NCBI GenBank assembly: GCA_035764795.1
Contig: DASTYR010000240.1
Coordinates: 1-26,900 of the forward strand
DNA: 26,900 bases
Reading direction: 5' to 3'
Source: Solirubrobacterales bacterium
GTDB lineage: Bacteria; Actinomycetota; Thermoleophilia; Solirubrobacterales; 70-9
The notes beneath the pieces are model-generated. The model ran no database searches, was not told where the DNA came from, and saw only the letters and a list, made by a program, of their open reading frames with translations. Of this stretch, positions 24,593 through 26,900 are shown piece by piece. Made by a program: the position numbers and the translations under genes. The stretch's first letter is position 1. Every line of letters starts with the position of its first letter.

Positions 24593-24622
24593 CCGGAAGT
24601 ATAACCCGCAGCCTGCTTGCTG

Positions 24623-25084
24623 CTAGGGCAGCTTGCCGGCGATTACGTACCGCAGAACCGCCACCACCTGCTCGGCCGTGCGGGCCGTGGCCTGGGCGGC
24701 GCGGTCGACCTCCTTGAGCGCGTGGTCGAGATCGGTGTCGTGGAGGGTGACGATCGGCTTGCCGAGGGCAGCTGCGAAACCGGCGTCAAAGGCGGCGTTC
24801 CACTGGCGGTACTTGTCGCCGAAGCGGACGACGACGACGTCGGCGTCGCGGATCAGCGTCTGGGTGCGGACGGCGTTGACGCCGGCGCCCATGTGGTCGC
24901 GCCAGAACGGGCTCTCCTCGGGGCCGAGAGTCCCCACGCCGGCGTCGTCGGACGCGCCGTGGTCGGTGACCGGCGCCGTGAACTCAACCGGCAGACCGGC
25001 CTCGCGCACCCCCGCCTCGATCCGCTCGCGCCAGTCGGAATGGATCTCACCCGCCAGGTAGATGCGCCAGGTCCGCTCGCTCAT
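24623..25084 (-). CDS. ytoQ: YtoQ family protein (nucleoside deoxyribosyltransferase-like fold)
   Basis: IYLAGEIHSDWRE, DHGASDD, VVRFGDKYRQWNAAFDAG and HALKEVD motifs. Confidence 0.92.
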   Translation of the reverse strand: MSERTWRIYLAGEIHSDWRERIEAGVREAGLPVEFTAPVTDHGASDDAGVGTLGPEESPFWRDHMGAGVNAVRTQTLIRDADVVVVRFGDKYRQWNAAFDAGFAAALGKPIVTLHDTDLDHALKEVDRAAQATARTAEQVVAVLRYVIAGKLP

Positions 25085-26244
25085 GCCAGCGGCTCCCGGC
25101 TACCGCCGGCGCCCGTCTCCTCGAAGTGCTTGCTCAGCATCGTCACCTGCCCCTGGTAGTTCGACCCGAGGTCCTCGCCGTAGAGGCGCTCGGCCGGAGC
25201 GCTGGTCCGCTCCAGCGCCAGCTTGCAGACCGGCTGACGGTGCTCGACCATGAATGAGACGTCGCGGGCGCGCACCTCGAGTGCGGCGCGGCTGCCGTGA
25301 CGGGCGCCGGCCGAGTCGTAGCCGAAGCCGGGGTCGAAGAACCCGGCGTAATGAGTGCGCAGCTCACCGGCGGTCGGGTCGTAGGCCATCATCTCGGCGG
25401 CCACCTGGGGCGGGATGCAAACGCCCTCGGCCGAGAGCAGCAGGTAGAAGATCTCCGGCTCGAGCACGATCCGCCCGCCGGCCTCGGGGAAGACCGGGTC
25501 CCAGTAGTCCGTCCAGCGGTAGGCGCGGATCCGCGAGAGATCGATCGGCAAGCTGTTTTTCTTCGCCCTGTAGCCGACGATGCGATCACTCGGTCCCGAG
25601 AGGTCGACGCTGAGGAAGAGGCCGTCGGCGAGCGCCAGCTCCGACTCGCGCAGCGCGTGCGAGTCGAGATAGAGGAGCGGGAACTCGGCTTGGAGCTCGC
25701 GGATCTCCTCGTCGGAGAGGCGGACGTCGCCGCGGGCCAGCCGCAACTGGTTCAGCGAGAGACCCGTTTTGACCTGGATCGCGAAAGAGCGCGGCACGAT
25801 CTCCAGGTAGAGGCGCCCTCGGTAGCCGGGGCGGATCTCGTCGAAGCGGTGGTGGCGGTCGGTGAGGACCCTGGTGAAGACGTCGAGGCGTCCGGTCGAG
25901 CTCTTCGGGTTCGCCTTTGCCCGCACGTCCTCGGGCAACGCCAGCTCCTCGAGCAGCGGCACGAGGTAGGGCCGGTCGCGCTCCAGCACGGCCCCATCGC
26001 GAAGGTCCACTTTCTGAAAGGCGAGCCCCTCGATCTTCTCCTCGACGGTCGAGTCGACGTCGGGCAGGAAGCTGCAGCGCAGCGCCCAGGCGAAGTCGCC
26101 GAGCCGGAGGTCGATGCTGGCCGGCTGCACCGCCTCGGGCCGTATCCGGTAATCGCCGGAGCTGACCCACTCGGCCTCGATCGCCTCGCTCAGCGCTTGC
26201 GAGGGCAGCACGCCGCGGCTAGTCGCCGCCGCCACCTCGCTCAT
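25081..26244 (-). CDS. dcd: Long-form (two-domain) dCTP deaminase
   Basis: QPASIDLRLG, ANPKSSTGRLDVF, ELRTHYAGFFDPGFG and YGEDLGSNYQGQ motifs; 387 aa. Confidence 0.9.
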   Translation of the reverse strand: MSEVAAATSRGVLPSQALSEAIEAEWVSSGDYRIRPEAVQPASIDLRLGDFAWALRCSFLPDVDSTVEEKIEGLAFQKVDLRDGAVLERDRPYLVPLLEELALPEDVRAKANPKSSTGRLDVFTRVLTDRHHRFDEIRPGYRGRLYLEIVPRSFAIQVKTGLSLNQLRLARGDVRLSDEEIRELQAEFPLLYLDSHALRESELALADGLFLSVDLSGPSDRIVGYRAKKNSLPIDLSRIRAYRWTDYWDPVFPEAGGRIVLEPEIFYLLLSAEGVCIPPQVAAEMMAYDPTAGELRTHYAGFFDPGFGYDSAGARHGSRAALEVRARDVSFMVEHRQPVCKLALERTSAPAERLYGEDLGSNYQGQVTMLSKHFEETGAGGSREPLA

Positions 26245-26254
26245 CGCCGCGCCC

Positions 26255-26893
26255 TCATCCGCCGGACCCTACGCGGCGCGCCGCGGCGCTGCCAAGGTAG
26301 GGAGTCAGCGCAAACTCCGCGACTTCCGGCAAGAACTGCTCGACTTCTTCGGTTTGCCCAGCCAATACCCAGTGGCTGAGCAGCGAGGCGACGCCGCCCA
26401 CCACCGCCTCGGCGACGCCGCTCGCCGGGGGCTGGGCGCCCTGCGGGGCCGGCGCGCCATCGCGCAGGTAAGGCACGAAGCTCTGCACCGCCCCCTGGAA
26501 ACGGGTGTAGACGTCCGGTCCCGCCCGCAGCCCCTCGACCAGCAGCAGGTCGGCCCGCGAGGGCTCCCTCGCCATGTAGGCGAGCACGGAGGCGAGCGCT
26601 CCGGTTACCCCCTCAGCCCACTCCTCGGCGGCGGCGCAAGCGGCGAGCACCTCTTGGCGCAGTTGCTCGACCGCGTGGTCGTAAGCGGCGACGAAGCACT
26701 CGTCCTTGCTGGAGAAGTGGCGGTAGAAGTCGCTCTTGGAGACCTTGGCGTTGGCCGTAATCAAGGAGACGGTGGTCCCGTCGTAGCCGTGCTCGTGCAG
26801 GCATTCGGCGATCGACGCGAGCAGGCGATCGAGCTGGTTCTGGGTGACGAACTCACGAGAGAGCCCGTGGCGGCCACGCGGCAAGGATCGCAT
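26255..26893 (-). CDS. TetR/AcrR-family regulator
   Basis: LPRGRHGLSRE...RLLASIAECLHEHGYDGTTVSLITANAKVSKSDFYRHFSSKDECF HTH. Confidence 0.92.
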   Translation of the reverse strand: MRSLPRGRHGLSREFVTQNQLDRLLASIAECLHEHGYDGTTVSLITANAKVSKSDFYRHFSSKDECFVAAYDHAVEQLRQEVLAACAAAEEWAEGVTGALASVLAYMAREPSRADLLLVEGLRAGPDVYTRFQGAVQSFVPYLRDGAPAPQGAQPPASGVAEAVVGGVASLLSHWVLAGQTEEVEQFLPEVAEFALTPYLGSAAARRVGSGG

Positions 26894-26900
26894 CTAGGGC

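Noticed and set aside
25083-25112. Third GYRR (MPAAPGYRRR...) on the + strand
   Set aside because: It is antisense to the dcd/ytoQ junction, has no SD and does not stop after RR. It is a chance product and a caution for the GYRR finding.
25081-26244. dCTP deaminase as an anti-phage defence enzyme
   Set aside because: Described defensive dCTP deaminases use a Zn-dependent cytidine-deaminase fold. This one has dUTPase-like motifs and no defence-island context.
1-26900. CRISPR array, rRNA or transposase
   Set aside because: No regularly spaced repeats, rRNA-like sequence or transposase motifs were seen.

Overview
High-GC window whose gene content and protein style suggest a deep-branching actinobacterium (Thermoleophilia/Solirubrobacterales-like; inference). 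Most genes are housekeeping: partial dnaX (missed by the ORF track, which shows the wrong frame), a GT-C-like membrane protein, ppk2, a NodIJ-like ABC exporter, a large Bacillus-type SRP RNA, a cation:proton antiporter, tRNA-Val(CAC) next to vapBC, arfB, phhB, a GST, a YrbE/MlaE permease pair behind a GntR regulator, a Zn-dependent dehydrogenase, a membrane HD-GYP protein, an MFS transporter, an Opp/Dpp ABC operon, a LigC-like ligase, a frameshifted Rv2578c-family radical SAM gene, ytoQ, a long-form dCTP deaminase and a TetR regulator. Three signals lie outside the ORF track. (1) 24332-24603 has the complete layout of a candidate LexA-controlled type I toxin-antitoxin system: SOS box, SD-sequestering leader, an 18-aa hydrophobic peptide, a bidirectional terminator and a convergent RNA with 19 contiguous nt of complementarity to the peptide mRNA. 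(2) Hairpin elements of about 90 bp sit in frame inside proteins: one family has two copies (dnaX and the radical SAM gene) that differ by compensatory base-pair changes, and a second element lies in the membrane protein gene. (3) Two intergenic SD-led micro-ORFs, MSLGYRR* and MGYRR*, share the GYRR ending but use different Arg and stop codons.
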